The notes beneath the pieces were generated by a model that was given only the letters and a program-made list of their open reading frames with translations, searched no databases and had not been told where the DNA came from. A stretch of 64,000 nt of DNA from Camelus ferus. Its lineage: Eukaryota. The stretch is from contig NC_045697.1 in the NCBI RefSeq assembly GCF_009834535.1, positions 5,830,001-5,894,000 of the forward strand, in the 5' to 3' direction. Of the stretch, positions 12,565 to 24,907 are shown piece after piece. The position numbers and the translations under genes are program-made. How positions within the stretch are numbered: the stretch's first letter is position 1; every line of letters starts with the position of its first letter.

Positions 12565-12664
12565 GTGGTTACTGGAGCTCAGAATGTATTCAGCCTTTAT
12601 CCCTTCTTCTGATTAAGCTTCCAGAAATGATTAAAATAGGCCTTGTAAGCTGGTTTACTTAGTG
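12565..12664 (+). repeat. Copy B of a ~100-bp dispersed repeat (copy A at 6825-6922)
   Basis: Visual alignment to 6825-6922, same orientation, roughly 75-80% identity. Confidence 0.8.
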
Positions 12665-13812
12665 GAAATGGATGATAATGTGAGGTAGGCTATATTATTA
12701 AAAACATGGGAGTTTTTTGAAAGGAAAATTAGTTTTATTTGATCAGATCAGTAACAGGCCAAGTTCCAGGTGCTGAACCATTTAAATCGTATCAACAAGA
12801 CTGGCGTTAATGGCCTGGAGGATTCTGGGCACCTGGGGAGGATACCTCCATTCTCCCCTGATAGCAGCTCAAATGTTAGCAATTAATACAGAAGACTGTC
12901 CTCCCGCAGAACTCAGTGGACCCAAACATTGCTCCCCAATTGGCCACACAGCCAGAATTTCCAGGAGTGCTTGGGGCCACACACAGACAAGGATTCCTGC
13001 CTACCTGGCCTGCCCACTCAATTCTAGGCCTGTTCCCTCCCACTTAACTCTTCCTTTTCTTTCTAGTTTTAGGGACGGTCCTTTTTCCTGTCCTGATCTT
13101 TTGGTTGAGACCAGTATCTCTCTTCTGCCTGATAAGCCGGCAGCCACAAGGAAGCTTCCCCACTCACCTCCCCAACGTCCGATCCGAGAAAACAGCACAC
13201 TGCCTGGCCTTAGAGGGTCTCCGGGGGCTCTCCTCTGCTGGTGCAGTAGACATCTGGTGGGCTCACGCTGATTTCCTTTCTGTGAGGATGCCCTGTGCCT
13301 CTCACTGCTTAAAAAGGACGGGTCCAGAGAAATCCCCAGGCAGAGAGACACAGGTGCTGAGTGTGGGAAGCAGGAGGGCGTGCACGCAGATGCTAAGGAT
13401 CAGAGGGATGGTGCCAGGCACACCGCCATCTGCTACAGCTGACTCCTGTTTATGTCCCTAGAGCCGTCCTGGCTGTCACCCTCACTCAGACTTGGCTGAA
13501 ATCCTTTTTCTTTCAATCTGTGGAATACTTCAGAGGGATGCCAATAAGCTTCTTTTTAAAAAATTGTACATGTATTTTATGATGATAATGGTTATACTAT
13601 GGTTGTCATTACTATTACTTAGTTGGTTGCATTGTGGTTAACTAAAAGAACCTCTCCCAGTGGAGCTAGCTGAGTAACACATGGGCGGGAAATAACTAGG
13701 TCCATTTGAAGTGGGTCCAAGTGACAGTAACTCTGGGGTGACATGTACTAACGCTGCCTGCCTGTGCGGCAAACTCATTCAGACTCTTCATCACCAGCTA
13801 TGGAGAGTGAAG

Positions 13813-13836
<24 letters not shown>

Positions 13837-13843
<7 letters not shown>

Positions 13844-14337
13844 TAGGTATGGACATGATTGACCTTCAAAGGTAAATAATAAACTGGAAAAAATACACTT
13901 GTCACAAATTTGATATTCAGTGAGGTCTCTGATCTATAAAAATAAACAAAGAATGAAAATCCCAAAAGGAAATTAATGTTCAAATAGCCAATTAATATGT
14001 GAAAAAATCTGTTAATAAAGAAAAACAAGTTAAAATAGCAGGCTTCCCCCAACCACCAAAAAATCAACTGAGAAAGTTTTACCAAAAAAAAATAGGCATG
14101 GACATGATTGACCTTCAAAGGTAAATAATAAACTGGAAAAAATACACTTGTCACAAATTTGATATTCAGTGAGGTCTCTGATCTATAAAAATAAACAAAG
14201 AATGAAAATCCCAAAAGGAAATTAATGTTCAAATAGCCAATTAATATGTGAAAAAAATCTGTTAATAAAGAAAAACAAGTTAAAATGGCAGGCTTCCCCC
14301 ATCCACCAAAAAATCAGCTGAGAAAGTTTTACCAAAA
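13837..14337. repeat. Tandem duplication, 2 x ~250 bp, of a degenerate L1-like segment
   Basis: Offset 249-250 nt (e.g. gaccttcaaag at 13861 and 14110); 4 substitutions plus one 1-nt A-run difference seen between copies. Confidence 0.95.
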
Positions 14338-14374
14338 TGATAAAGCCAATTGTTAGTGCAAATGTTGAAGATGG

Positions 14375-14650
14375 TTTCGCCTGCCTTTTGAGACCGCCCG
14401 CACTCCACGGAGTATCCACTTTTGCTTTAACCACCCTCACCGCGCCTTGCGGCCTCTTTGGCTTTCTGAGATGGCCTGCATGCTGTGAATGAAGTCTGTG
14501 TCTCTCTGAATGAATCTACCTTTACTCAACTGTGGCTCGCTCTTGAATCCTTTCCTGTGTGAAGCCAAGGACCCTCACTGGTGGGGACTTGCCTGAGATT
14601 GGGGACATGGCCACCCTCTCTCGCCCCTTTATCCCTCTATTCCTACTAAG
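14375..14650 (+). mobile_element. ERV1-type LTR, 3' portion
   Basis: ggctcgctcttgaatcctttcctgtgtgaagccaaggaccc motif typical of the R/U5 region of ERV1 LTRs; CpG-containing. Confidence 0.6.
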
Positions 14651-17357
14651 CCCTCTTGGCTTGTCTTTCATCTCAGGGCTTCCTTCCATGTGTCTCCATG
14701 GTGGAAGCCCTCAGCCCATGTGGATGTCACAGCTTACAAACCAACAGAGGTCTTCCCAACAGCCCCAGCCAAAATCCTGCGGACTGACAGGTCTGGTCTG
14801 GGTCATGTGCCTCTCCCCTGGACAGGGCCAGCCTCTGGAGAACATGCAGGACTACAACAGAAGGGAGAAAAAGCAGTTTTTCAGAGGAAGGGATGCTAGG
14901 TAGACCCCTGCATGTCCACACTGAAGACTGAGGCTCAAAGTGAAAACCAGGTAATGGAATTCCTACTACATGCCAGGTGTTTGCAAGGCACTGGGGAGCT
15001 ACTAAGACATGGTTGTAGCCCCTAATCAACTGGGAGAGCACAAACAGAAGGAAAATGGCCACAAAGAGTAACTGGAGTCCAAGAAGAAGGGAATGACTGA
15101 TCAGGAGGTAAGCAGGAACCATATCTGGAAGGCCTGACAAGCCCAGATAAGTAGCAGTGAATGATAATTGCCACTGTTTGAACATGCCAGGCACTAGGCT
15201 AACTGCTCAGTATACATTTATCTTCACTCTGGTACCTGTGTGTCACAGATGAGGAAACTGATACTTAGAACAATGAAAAAATTTGCCCGGGGCGCAGAGT
15301 GATGGAGCCAGGAATCGATAGTCTATAAACACCCTGGACTTAACCTCATTGCTAAGGGGAGGCCAGCAAAGGTCATAGTCAAATTGATCTTTCTTCCCCA
15401 CAAGCAATTCACATTGAAAATGAAATTTCTTGGCTGGAAGCAATCTGATATCGTGTATCTATCGTTAACGTGCACAGTACAGGCATGAAGGCAATGAAGA
15501 TGTGGCCATTAAATACTGGATTTTTTCCAACCTGCTTTTAGATATTATCAATGTGGTCTGCAAGGATTGCATTTAAAATATCAGGGAAAAGGGGCTGAAA
15601 GGATTTCAGATCCAAATACAAAGGCCCTGAAACCACCAAAGGGGAAACCGATCTGACCTGAACATACTACATATGGAAACCCTGGAATGGCTGTGATGCT
15701 CTGGGGAATATTCAGTTACAAGGGAGACCCAGCGCTGACCTTTTTGCAAGGGGACAGTCAACAGAAGATTGCATTTGATAGGAGGATTCACTTCCTGTTA
15801 ACAAGGCTTCTAACCCTTTATGAGAGGAGGGAGGGCAAAGACTCCAGCTGTCTTTGAAGAGACTAACCCTGGTTCTTTAGGAGTCTGAAAAGAAAAAAAA
15901 AAAAAAAAAAAAAAAGCAAACTGGGAAAAAGGAGGTATTGTGGAGGAAGGCCATACGATCCACCCAGCTGTGAAATCCTTTTCTCCAAATGGTTTGCTAG
16001 AAAGACTGAGGAAATGACAGAAATATGTCTGTAGAAATTTGACATTCTTTTCTTGAATATTACATTTTTTCTGCAAATACTCACAACATATAGAAGATAT
16101 TAAAGAGTGCCTAATAATTCAAATTTTACTTCCTGAGAGGCTTTCTGGACTATCCATCCATGTATTCAAGCCACTCTCCCTGGTCCCCAGACACCCCAGC
16201 AGGATGAACGGATGCCCTTTGTTCTGTGCTCCCAGAACCCCATATACAGTGTCTCTGTTACAGCATTGGATTGAAATTGTCTTCTCCGCTAGATTCTAAC
16301 ATACTTCTGTCCTCGCCACTTTAGCAGATGCAGTTGCTCAGAGATTGTTTGTTGACTGAACTAATGAAACACTTCTGTAGATTTCTAAACTCTGCTCTAT
16401 ACTGTAGTAAGTCTCTGTGGTCAACTTCCGCCCAGGAGCTCCTCAAGTGCAACGTCAGGTCTTATTCTTATCTCCACTGCCTAGCATGTGCCTAACAGTT
16501 TCTAGCAGATAGTAGGTGCTCAGCAAACGTTTGAATGGTTAAGCACGAAATTTCTCAACACACGACACAGTGAGAAGGCAGGAGAGCAGGAAACAGGAAT
16601 ATTGAAGGAAATTAATTTGTGAATCAGTGACAGTCCTTTTCAGTTTATGAGCGTGAGCGATGGGAAAATGACGGTTCACCAGTAAAGTACAAATTTAGCT
16701 CCCACATTCTCAGCTGGGGGCAATTTCTCACAAGTCCTAAGAAGGGAGCTCACACAAACCACATATCGGTGCTTCATATCTAAACCCCAGAACAAACCCA
16801 TGAGGCAAGTAAAACCCTTGTTTTGCATAAGATGAAACAGGCCCCGAGAGGTTTATTTTTTGCCCAAGCGCACCCAAGCAATCAGTGCCAGGCCCAGGCT
16901 CCCCGGCCCAGCGGTCCTTTCCTCCTCCTGGGACCTCCTCCTCCGACCCTTTCAAGTCTAACTAGGCGACTCCTGAGGAGGAGGCAGCGGGAGGAGGAAA
17001 GAAACTGGGGGCTGAGATGCTCTGGGCACAGGGGAGCCAGGGACAGTTCCATAAGCAGAGAGCAAAAGGAACCAGGCGACACCGCAGGGCCGCGCAGCCC
17101 CGCCCGCGCGCACTGGCCGGCATCGGTAAGCTCGGTCCTTCTGGGCTTCCGTAGTCGGAACACAAGGGACATCTTTGCCAGGGAAAGATTCGTATTTTGA
17201 GATTCAAATCGTTCGTGAATTTGAGCACTGAGATGGCGAAGCCACCCTCGCTCTACATTCACACCAACTAAAACCACGAAGGCAACATAGTCTCCACCCT
17301 TCACGTAAGAAACCCCTTCCCTCCGTGGGGAACGGATATCGGAAGTTCCGGTGGAGT

Positions 17358-17372
17358 TGACGTCACTTCCGC
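17358..17372 (-). promoter_or_regulatory. Overlapping ETS-CRE composite element GCGGAAGTGACGTCA
   Basis: The + strand tgacgtcacttccgc is the exact reverse complement of the (G/C)CGGAAGTGACGTCA GABPA/CREB composite motif; ends 23 nt before the ATG. Confidence 0.8.
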
Positions 17373-17394
17373 CCCGTCTCTGAGCGGTGTCAAG

Positions 17395-17491
17395 ATGGAC
17401 GCACTTCGGGCTCGGGAGCAGCTCCGGCGAAGATACCTGTTCCTGCCTGACGCGGAAGTCCCGCCAGACCACCAGGGCTCCACCGGGCCAG
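17395..17491 (+). CDS. TMEM128: TMEM128 coding exon 1 (97 nt)
   Basis: aagATGG Kozak; MDALRAREQLRRRYLFLPDAEVPPDHQGSTGP; donor CCAG|gtgagg; matches the recalled TMEM128 N-terminus. Confidence 0.93.
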
Positions 17492-19007
17492 GTGAGGCGC
17501 TCCCCGGGCGCGCTCCGAGCGGCGCCGAGGTTCCCGGAGGCGAGGCACTCGGACACGGCTCGTCCCGCGGGCCTCCCGCAGCCCTGCCCAGTCAGGAGGG
17601 ACCGGGTTTCGTTTTTTCCAGGCTTACCAAGTAGTTTTGGAAGTCGGGTATTTAGTGCCGTAAAAGATCTTTAGAGGTCACGTAGCCCTGCGTATCTTCA
17701 TCTCAGCTGCGCTTCAGGAGTCCCAGGAGAGCTGGTTTAACACCAACTTGGCAATATCCATTAAAATAAAAAATACCCACCAGTTGTAGCTCTAAGAATC
17801 TACCAAAGAAGCATACTTGTAGCTGTACACAAGGATGTGTGTGCAGTGCTTCGTCTCAGCATTGCCTGTAATAGCGAACGACTAGAAACATCTAATTGCC
17901 CGTCAGCAGAGAGCTGGTTTAATACATTTTGATGTATCTACATGACACAGCAGGCCGACTTTTATGTACCAATGTGGATGATTTTAAAAGGGAGGCCCAT
18001 AACAAAATATGGTGTGCTACCGTTTGGGTACAAACCAGATAACGTGTAATGTGTGTTCACCTATAGATACATAGAGTATGCAGAAGTTCATAGAAGTTGT
18101 TGCTGGTAGTTGCTTTGGGGCTGGGGAACTGGGGTTAAGGATAGGAGAGAGAGGTTTCATTTTAGATCTTTCTTTCCTGTGTGTTGTAAACCTTCTGTAT
18201 TTATTACCTTTTGAAAATGAACACAGAATACATCATGTCCAGGCATGCTGGTTTATAAATTTTGATGGTGTCTCCCAGATTTTGTATTATGCTTCCCAGG
18301 AATTATGATGGTCAGCTAAAGGTTGAGCACCTCAGATGCATATCAGTGATTCTCACATGAACTAAGAGAAAGGGCATTTCAGTCACCTGGGGAGCTTTTC
18401 TTTCAGATTGGGCCTATTAAATGCACAGACTGAGCCTGTTCTTTCAGAGTGGGTCCCAAATGGAAGGAATTTGACTTGTTCATCACCTGTCTTGACAGGG
18501 CTGTGCTGGGACTAGACCTCCAGTGTACCCTTTCCACTTTTGAGCTGCCTCAAAAGGTTATATTTGTTTAAAATAATTAAAGTATGTAGTTGTAAGTAGT
18601 AGTTTTGGAAAATCCCAAGTCCATTTTGTGTTCTAATGTTTGCTATTTACATTTTTCTTAACAGGACTAATCACTTTCCTTGGTGATATATGAAACATAA
18701 CATTAAAATTCCTTTACTGCTTGAGGGCATTATTCTTTCCAAAAGCCTGTATAAGTAAATTTGATTCCACAATTCATTTAGAGGAAGAGAAGTTGACTGT
18801 ATTGAACATGTTTTACAGTAGGCTCCTATTATTTCTAGAAATATAAACTTATTTTGATGGTTTTACAGAAGAAATTGGTACTATAGTGGGAGAGAGTCTG
18901 GTTCTTAGAAAGCTCTAGGAAATTATTTTATTTGACATAAAATAGGTGTAATTTTTTCCTATGAAGTTAATGGCTATTTGATAAGCTGAAATCTCCCTTC
19001 TTTGTAG

Positions 19008-19149
19008 AAGCCTCTACAGCTGTTGAGAAAAAGGAGAAACCTCTTCCAAGACTTAATATCCATTCTGGGTTCTGGATTGTGGCATCCATAGCTGTGACCT
19101 ATTACGCTGATTTCTTTAAAACTGTGAAAGACAACTTTCACGCTAGCAG
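19008..19149 (+). CDS. TMEM128: TMEM128 coding exon 2 (142 nt)
   Basis: tttgtag|AA GCC TCT... = (E)[46 protein letters not shown](S); donor CAG|gtaaga. Confidence 0.95.
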
Positions 19150-20961
19150 GTAAGAAAACTTTATTGCTTCATAAGTTAAACATGCTTGTTTTATTTTTCA
19201 TGTTATGTTTTGTCCGTTGAGTTCCTCACTTAGTAAGCACCTGCTTTCTGCCAGTCACCATGTTGGAGGGACTGGTGATACAAAGCTGGAAAAGAGTGTA
19301 TGTGTCCTGGTCATGTACAACAGAGTGGATGAGACTGAAGTTATTTCAGTGGGCCTTTTCAGCATGAATGTTCTGTAGGGTGAGGAAGATAGTGAATTTA
19401 AGAAGGACCTAGTTCATTTGTAAACCATTGAGGGGGAAGGATTGACTGAAGGTCCTTAAGAAGACAAAGTACAGGAGTACGGAGAGGAAGGATGGAGAAT
19501 TGTCATGGGTGAGAATCAGGTCTCAGAGTTTGTTTTCAGAGTAGTTACAGCTACCAAGGTAACTGCAGGTACAGGCTTCATTGAATTAGAGTTGAGGTCA
19601 CTGCTGGGAGTAGTTGGGAGCCTTGAGGCAGGATGTCTAATGGTCCATCATTCACGAGGATTGAAATCTCTTGAGTACAATCCCAGGAGTTGACATGGAG
19701 GGGAAGGTTGTTAATCATACTTCAGAGTCCTCACTGCACATTGAAGAGTGTTCTGGAGGCTGCTGGATAACAGAAAAAGAGGGAGAGATGTTGGTACAAG
19801 TCAGAGTTGGCATCTGAAGGGGTGGTTTGTTTAGAACGCAGGCGTAATTGTTTGGAAGTACCAGCAGCGCCTGGAAAATGCAGAAGGAACTGTGTGATCA
19901 CAGTTTCTCCTCCAGGGGCCATCAGGAGGAGCTGAGAGTCCTGGAGGGCAGGCTCGGGAGTGAGGGAGCAGGCAGGCAGGGGAAAGTAAGCGCAGGGGAG
20001 TTTATGTAAACTGCTGGAGGGAGAAGCTTGTTCTCTCTTTCCTTGTTTCCACAAGCTGGAGCTTTCCGTAAACACTGCCATCTCCCAGCCCTTCCCCTCA
20101 CTCGCTCCTTCTCTGGGAGGTTGTGGACTTCCTGACTGGATTTGGGATGAAGACGCAGATGGGTAGCTCAGCCCTCTCTTGCTCTTGGGAGCCAGCTGCT
20201 TGCGGTCTGAGCAGATTTCAGGCTGCTCATCTGTGCCGTAGCTTTATGGGGCAGCCCTGATGTGAGACGTCTCTAGGTTTTCACGGTAACTGGGAACCCG
20301 GTGTGCAAGTCTGTCTATTTCTGGGTTTCAGGATGAGGAAGCACTTTGTCCTCGTTCACCAAAACCATCTTCTTCCCATAGCTCTGTCGGTAAAACAGCG
20401 GACAGTTGATCTTTATTAGCCTGTTCCTTTCTCTCTCCCAGTTGGTCTAGAACTTGGGATGGGGAGTGAGGGAATGGTTACTTCCTCACCACCAACAGCA
20501 GCTGCCCCTTCGTTCATTGAATATTTCAGGAGAGCCTGAGATGCGTACAGTTCTGGTGACAGGTGAACAAGGCACGTTTCTCACCCTCCAGCAGCTCATT
20601 TTAGGCTGTGATAGACAGGTGAATAGGTCACGGGTGCATACTGTGTAAGTGTCTGTGCGGGATGCTGTGGGGGCACCTAGAACGGGCGCCTAGTCCAGCC
20701 CAGCCTCAGGAGGTAGACCTTGTTGAGGCTGGGGAGAGGTGAGAGGATTTATCTCTTTGTGTCCTTATATGCCCTTATCTATAAGAACGTGAGTACCTGA
20801 GTAGTTTAAGGAAGTGGCGAGGTTCGGAAGACTTCATCGCGCTGTAAGATGTTTGGGGCACCTGTGGTGCTAAGTGGCGTGCCCAGGAGCTCACTGCTGG
20901 TGTGTGGCAGAGCCTGGACTCAGCGTCTGAACCGGGGCTGTGGGGCATGAAAAGGAAATGG

Positions 20962-21093
20962 GGGCGGGAGGGCATAGCTCCACGGTAGAGTGCGTGCTTA
21001 GCATGCACAAGGTCCTGGATTCAATCCCCAGTCCCTCCACTGAGAATAAATAAATAAACCTATTTACCCTCACCACCAAAAAAATAAATAAAT
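20962..21093 (+). mobile_element. tRNA(Ala)-derived SINE, camelid Vic-1-like
   Basis: gggagggcatagctccacggtagagtgcgtgcttagcatgcacaaggtcctggattcaatccccag followed by an (aata)n tail; perfect 12-bp TSD aaaaggaaatgg at 20950-20961 and 21094-21105. Confidence 0.9.
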
Positions 21094-21533
21094 AAAAGGA
21101 AATGGAAATCATAGGCCTGCCCTCCAGAGTGTCATCTTAGAGGAAAAGGGACTAAGTGCCTGCTCAGAGGCAGAGGAGTTTGAGGAGCGTGCCTTCTTGC
21201 TGAGACCCAGGGAAGCAGGGAGTCGCCGCAGCCCAGGCGTGAAAGCCCTGCCCCGAGGCCAGCAGCGAGGCTGCCTCCCACCTTCTCAAAGACAGTTCAT
21301 TCCTCTGATGCTGGAAGTTGCTTCCCTTTCACCCTGCTATTAGCCCAAGTTCGCAAGCTCAGGACGTAGGGTTCTTGAAATCTATGCAAGGCTATAAGAT
21401 TGTATGTTCAAAGGTGGGAAAGATAAGTCAACATTAAAAACAAAGCAAAACAGTGTGATGCTTTAGAAATCAGTTTTCTAGAGAGTTCCGGTTGCAGGCA
21501 TCAGAATCAACTGTGGAGTTAAAACACATGCAT

Positions 21534-21558
21534 ACACACACACACACATACACACACA
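21534..21558. repeat. Interrupted (CA)n microsatellite
   Basis: acacacacacacacatacacacaca. Confidence 0.8.
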
Positions 21559-22673
21559 ACTAAAATTACAATCCCAGGCGCTCAGGGCCTTCCTCAGACC
21601 CCCAGTTCAGAATTTTGGAGACGGGGACAAGATAGCTTCCCTTCAGAAAGCTGCAGAGGTGACTGATACACAGCCAGAGCTGATGCTCACTGACTTGCAG
21701 TGGTTCTATTTTGTTCAGGCAGATTTCTCCTTCTTTATGTCCTGTACCGTCAGGACAGAGAAGCCACACTAGGCTTCCTGGTGAAGATAAAGACTGAAAT
21801 GAGTAGGAGGAAGGATTCTGACAAAGAAGGAATCCCCATAACTCTAGCACAGTGTTCCTCTACCTTTCTTTATTATCACCTCCTGAGAAGTCTTTTTTAA
21901 AAACATCTTTTTCCTAATATATGACTTGAATATTTGTGCTTTATACAGAAAAAAAAAACGAAGATTTTTTTTTTCTTCTCTTTGCGGGTGATTTTCGCCC
22001 CGTTGAGAACGCACGTCCTAGCAGGAGAGCAGTCTTTGAAGACCCCTAAGGAAGAACATGGGAATATTTTCCCCCTCGGTGTCAGCAGTAGAATAATGGT
22101 GGTCACTGTTGAGGATTAGCTGTGTAAGAAGAACTGAGCACTGATTCTCACAGCTGTCCTGGGAGCTGTACTGTTAATATTTTCAGAGCACACTAAGGTT
22201 GAGTAATTTGTCCAGAGTCACAAAACTAGTCATGCAGAGCTGAGATTCAAACCCAGATAGGTAAGTTTTCAAGGGCTGTGCCCCGAACCCCAGCACTCTC
22301 CTGCCTCCTGATTCTGAGTCCCAGAATTGCAGCCGCATGAATTGCCTTAAAGGAATCTGGGTCCTGGCTGTTGTTGGAAGTCCATGCAGTGCCTGGGTAA
22401 CTTGACTGCTCTGACTGTCTCTTCCCCCTCTCCCTTCTGCGTGGAGTCGATCTTCTTCCCGTGGAGAAGGAAACGCTAACGGGGGGTATTGTGTTGAGTT
22501 GGGACTGGGAGAGGGACTTCATTTTCCAAATCTGGCCTCCCCCAACGGCCAGCTGGAGCTGGAAGGAAGGGCTGGTAAGGTTTTCTCGCACACACTGAGC
22601 CAGGTCTTGGGTGGAGTCAGAAGGAAGAAAAAGCCATTGCCCCTTGGGAGAGAACTAGAGATAGTCTCAGAAA

Positions 22674-22688
22674 GGGGGGGGGGGGGGG
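22674..22688 (+). repeat. Poly-G run (G15)
   Basis: 15 consecutive G in TMEM128 intron 2. Confidence 0.85.
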
Positions 22689-23680
22689 TTCGTTTAGAAA
22701 TCTTTTATGAGAGGCAATTTGAATTAACTACTTCCAAATGGATTTTCAGTATTCTAAGGAATCCTGCTTAACTTGGAGGAGTTGATGGTACCTGTTGAAG
22801 TCTTCTTTACCCTCACACTTAAAACTTCAGAAACAGCCAGAAAGCCACTATCTTTCCTGCGTTTTTAAAGAAAATGCATTGCTGTAACCAGGGTTCTATT
22901 TTGGGTGGTTCGTTTATGAAAGTATGTCTGTGTGTGTGTGTTTAAAGCCTTGCTTTTTCATTCTTTCCTGCGTTTCACCCACCTTTACTCACCCGTCTCC
23001 TGTTAGAGTGAGACTGGAAGCTGCGATTGAATAACTGCGTCCTCTGTGCCCCTCCCCTAGTCGGTAGTCTTAGAAATAGATTTTTAGTCTGGTGATGAAA
23101 ACCTTTAAGATATCTGCTGATTTGCTAAGTGATGTCAATCAGCACTTTTTTTTTAAACCATTTTATTTTTGTCTGCCTATTTGCTTAACAATCACTGAAT
23201 TTCTAGGCAGCTTCAGGTAACTGCAGAGCCTTTATAAGTAGTTTATATTGTCTAGACCCAAAGTCTGCTGTGAACACAGTCTGGAGCAAAATTGGAAATA
23301 ACGTCTTTCCAAAGATAGGCTTAGAAATTCTGATCCAGTAGGTTAAGGCGCTTCCTTTCTCTAGAAGCAGGGCTGGGTCATACGTGACTGGTGGGCACCA
23401 TTCACAGGTATAGCCGAGTAAACAGAGAGTATAGACCACCAAAACCAAAACCCCGTGTTAGGAGCAGGTCTCACAATTCGAATCCACCTGTATTCAAAGG
23501 TGAACGTACAAAACCTTCGCCAGATACTTGTACTGTCAAAGACAAGATACCTGCCACTGGTAGGCCCCCATCTGTGTGAGCTGGTGTCATATTTAAGATG
23601 CGTGGAAAAAGACTATTTGCTATTAGGCTGTGGAGAGGGTGTGTGAGAGGATAACAAGGATGTTACTCTTGCCCCTACAG

Positions 23681-23839
23681 TTGGTTTCCCTGTGGCGGTG
23701 CCTTGCTGCTTGTCAGCTTATCGATTGCATTTTACTGCATATTCTACCTGGAGTGGTACCGCGGAATCGAAGACTATGACGTCAGGTATCCAGCCCTGAT
23801 ACCGATCACCACGGCTACGTTTATTGTAGCAGGAATTTG
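23681..23839 (+). CDS. TMEM128: TMEM128 coding exon 3 (159 nt)
   Basis: cccctacag|T TGG TTT CCC TGT... = [52 protein letters not shown](C); donor TTG|gtaagt. Confidence 0.95.
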
Positions 23840-24745
23840 GTAAGTTAACTTTGGAATAACTAATAGGAATGAAAAATGTTTTGATCAGGTACATGGTAGG
23901 AAATGTAAAAAAAAAAAAAGGAATAATGGGAAAAGAGGCTCCCTGATTCCCTTTTCAGTGGCATCTTTCTCATGTATTTAGTTATTCAAAATACAAGTGG
24001 TGACATGCTATGTATATATTCTGCATTTTGCTTTTTAAATCATTTTTGCTGTGAAGTGTAATACATAGAGAAAATTGGAAAAATCTAAATTGTACAGCTG
24101 AATGAATGGTTGTGAAATGGGCATTGGTGTGAACCCCACCCAGATCAAGAAGGAGAACCGAGCTGACCCCTTGAACTGCCCCTGTGTCCCCTCCCACTCA
24201 GTACACCTTCCTTCCTGCCCCAGGTAAACACCGTCCCCACCGTCAGGGTGCTTGCTTGCTTTTGCGCCTCTTAAATACTGTTTTTGTTTCGTCTTTTTTT
24301 TGAACTGTATAGAAGTGGATTCACAGTGTGTATTCTCTCACATTTGACTGTTTGGCTGTTTCCATGCAGCATTACGTATGGTTCATCCATCTTGTCGTCC
24401 GTAACAGTCAATCATTTCTATTGCTGTTCAGCATTCCATCCTGTGACTGAGTCCCACTTCATCCGTCCTGCTGTTGATAGCGTCTGGATTGTCCCTGTCT
24501 GGGGTTGATATGAGTGATGCTGTTTAGAACAGTCTTGTGTATGTCTTGTGTGCATGGGCGCACTTCTGTTGGGTGTATGTGTCCGTGCGCGTGTATATGT
24601 ACGCAGCTCCGGAGGTGAAACTGCTGCCTCATCGCGTAGGCACACCTCCAGCTTCAGTAAACGGTGCCAGGCTGCTTCCCAAAAAGGTTTTTTTGACTGA
24701 GTCATATTGTTTAGAATTCTTCCATTTGGGTGCCTGTTAGATGTC

Positions 24746-24907
24746 ATTTTTTTTAACATGTTTTTATTGAGTTATAGTCATTTTACAATGTGTCAAATTC
24801 CAGTGTAGAGCACAATTTTTCAGTTATACATGAACATACATATATTCACTGTCACACTTTTTGTTTGCTGTGAGCCACCACAAGATCCTGTATATATTTC
24901 CCTGTGC
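24746..24907 (-). mobile_element. Short L1 3'-end insertion
   Basis: tttttattgagttatagtcattttacaatgtgtcaaattccagtgtagagcac...tatttccctgtgc; flanked by tagatgt at 24738 and 24908. Confidence 0.7.

Larger units (their letters stand above)
17060..17610. promoter_or_regulatory. TMEM128 CpG-island promoter (TATA-less)
   Basis: High CpG/GC density around ATG 17395; several ETS cores (CGGAAG), CRE TGACGTCA, GC box CCGCCC, YY1-like AGATGGCG (17231-17238). Confidence 0.85.

Noticed and set aside
13837..14337. Tandem repeat as a CRISPR-like or satellite array
   Set aside because: Only two ~250-bp copies with no spacers; eukaryotic context.
16882..17556. 224-aa antisense ORF over the TMEM128 promoter
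   Set aside because: GTG start, CpG-island composition, no recognisable domain; a divergent non-coding transcript cannot be excluded but there is no direct evidence.
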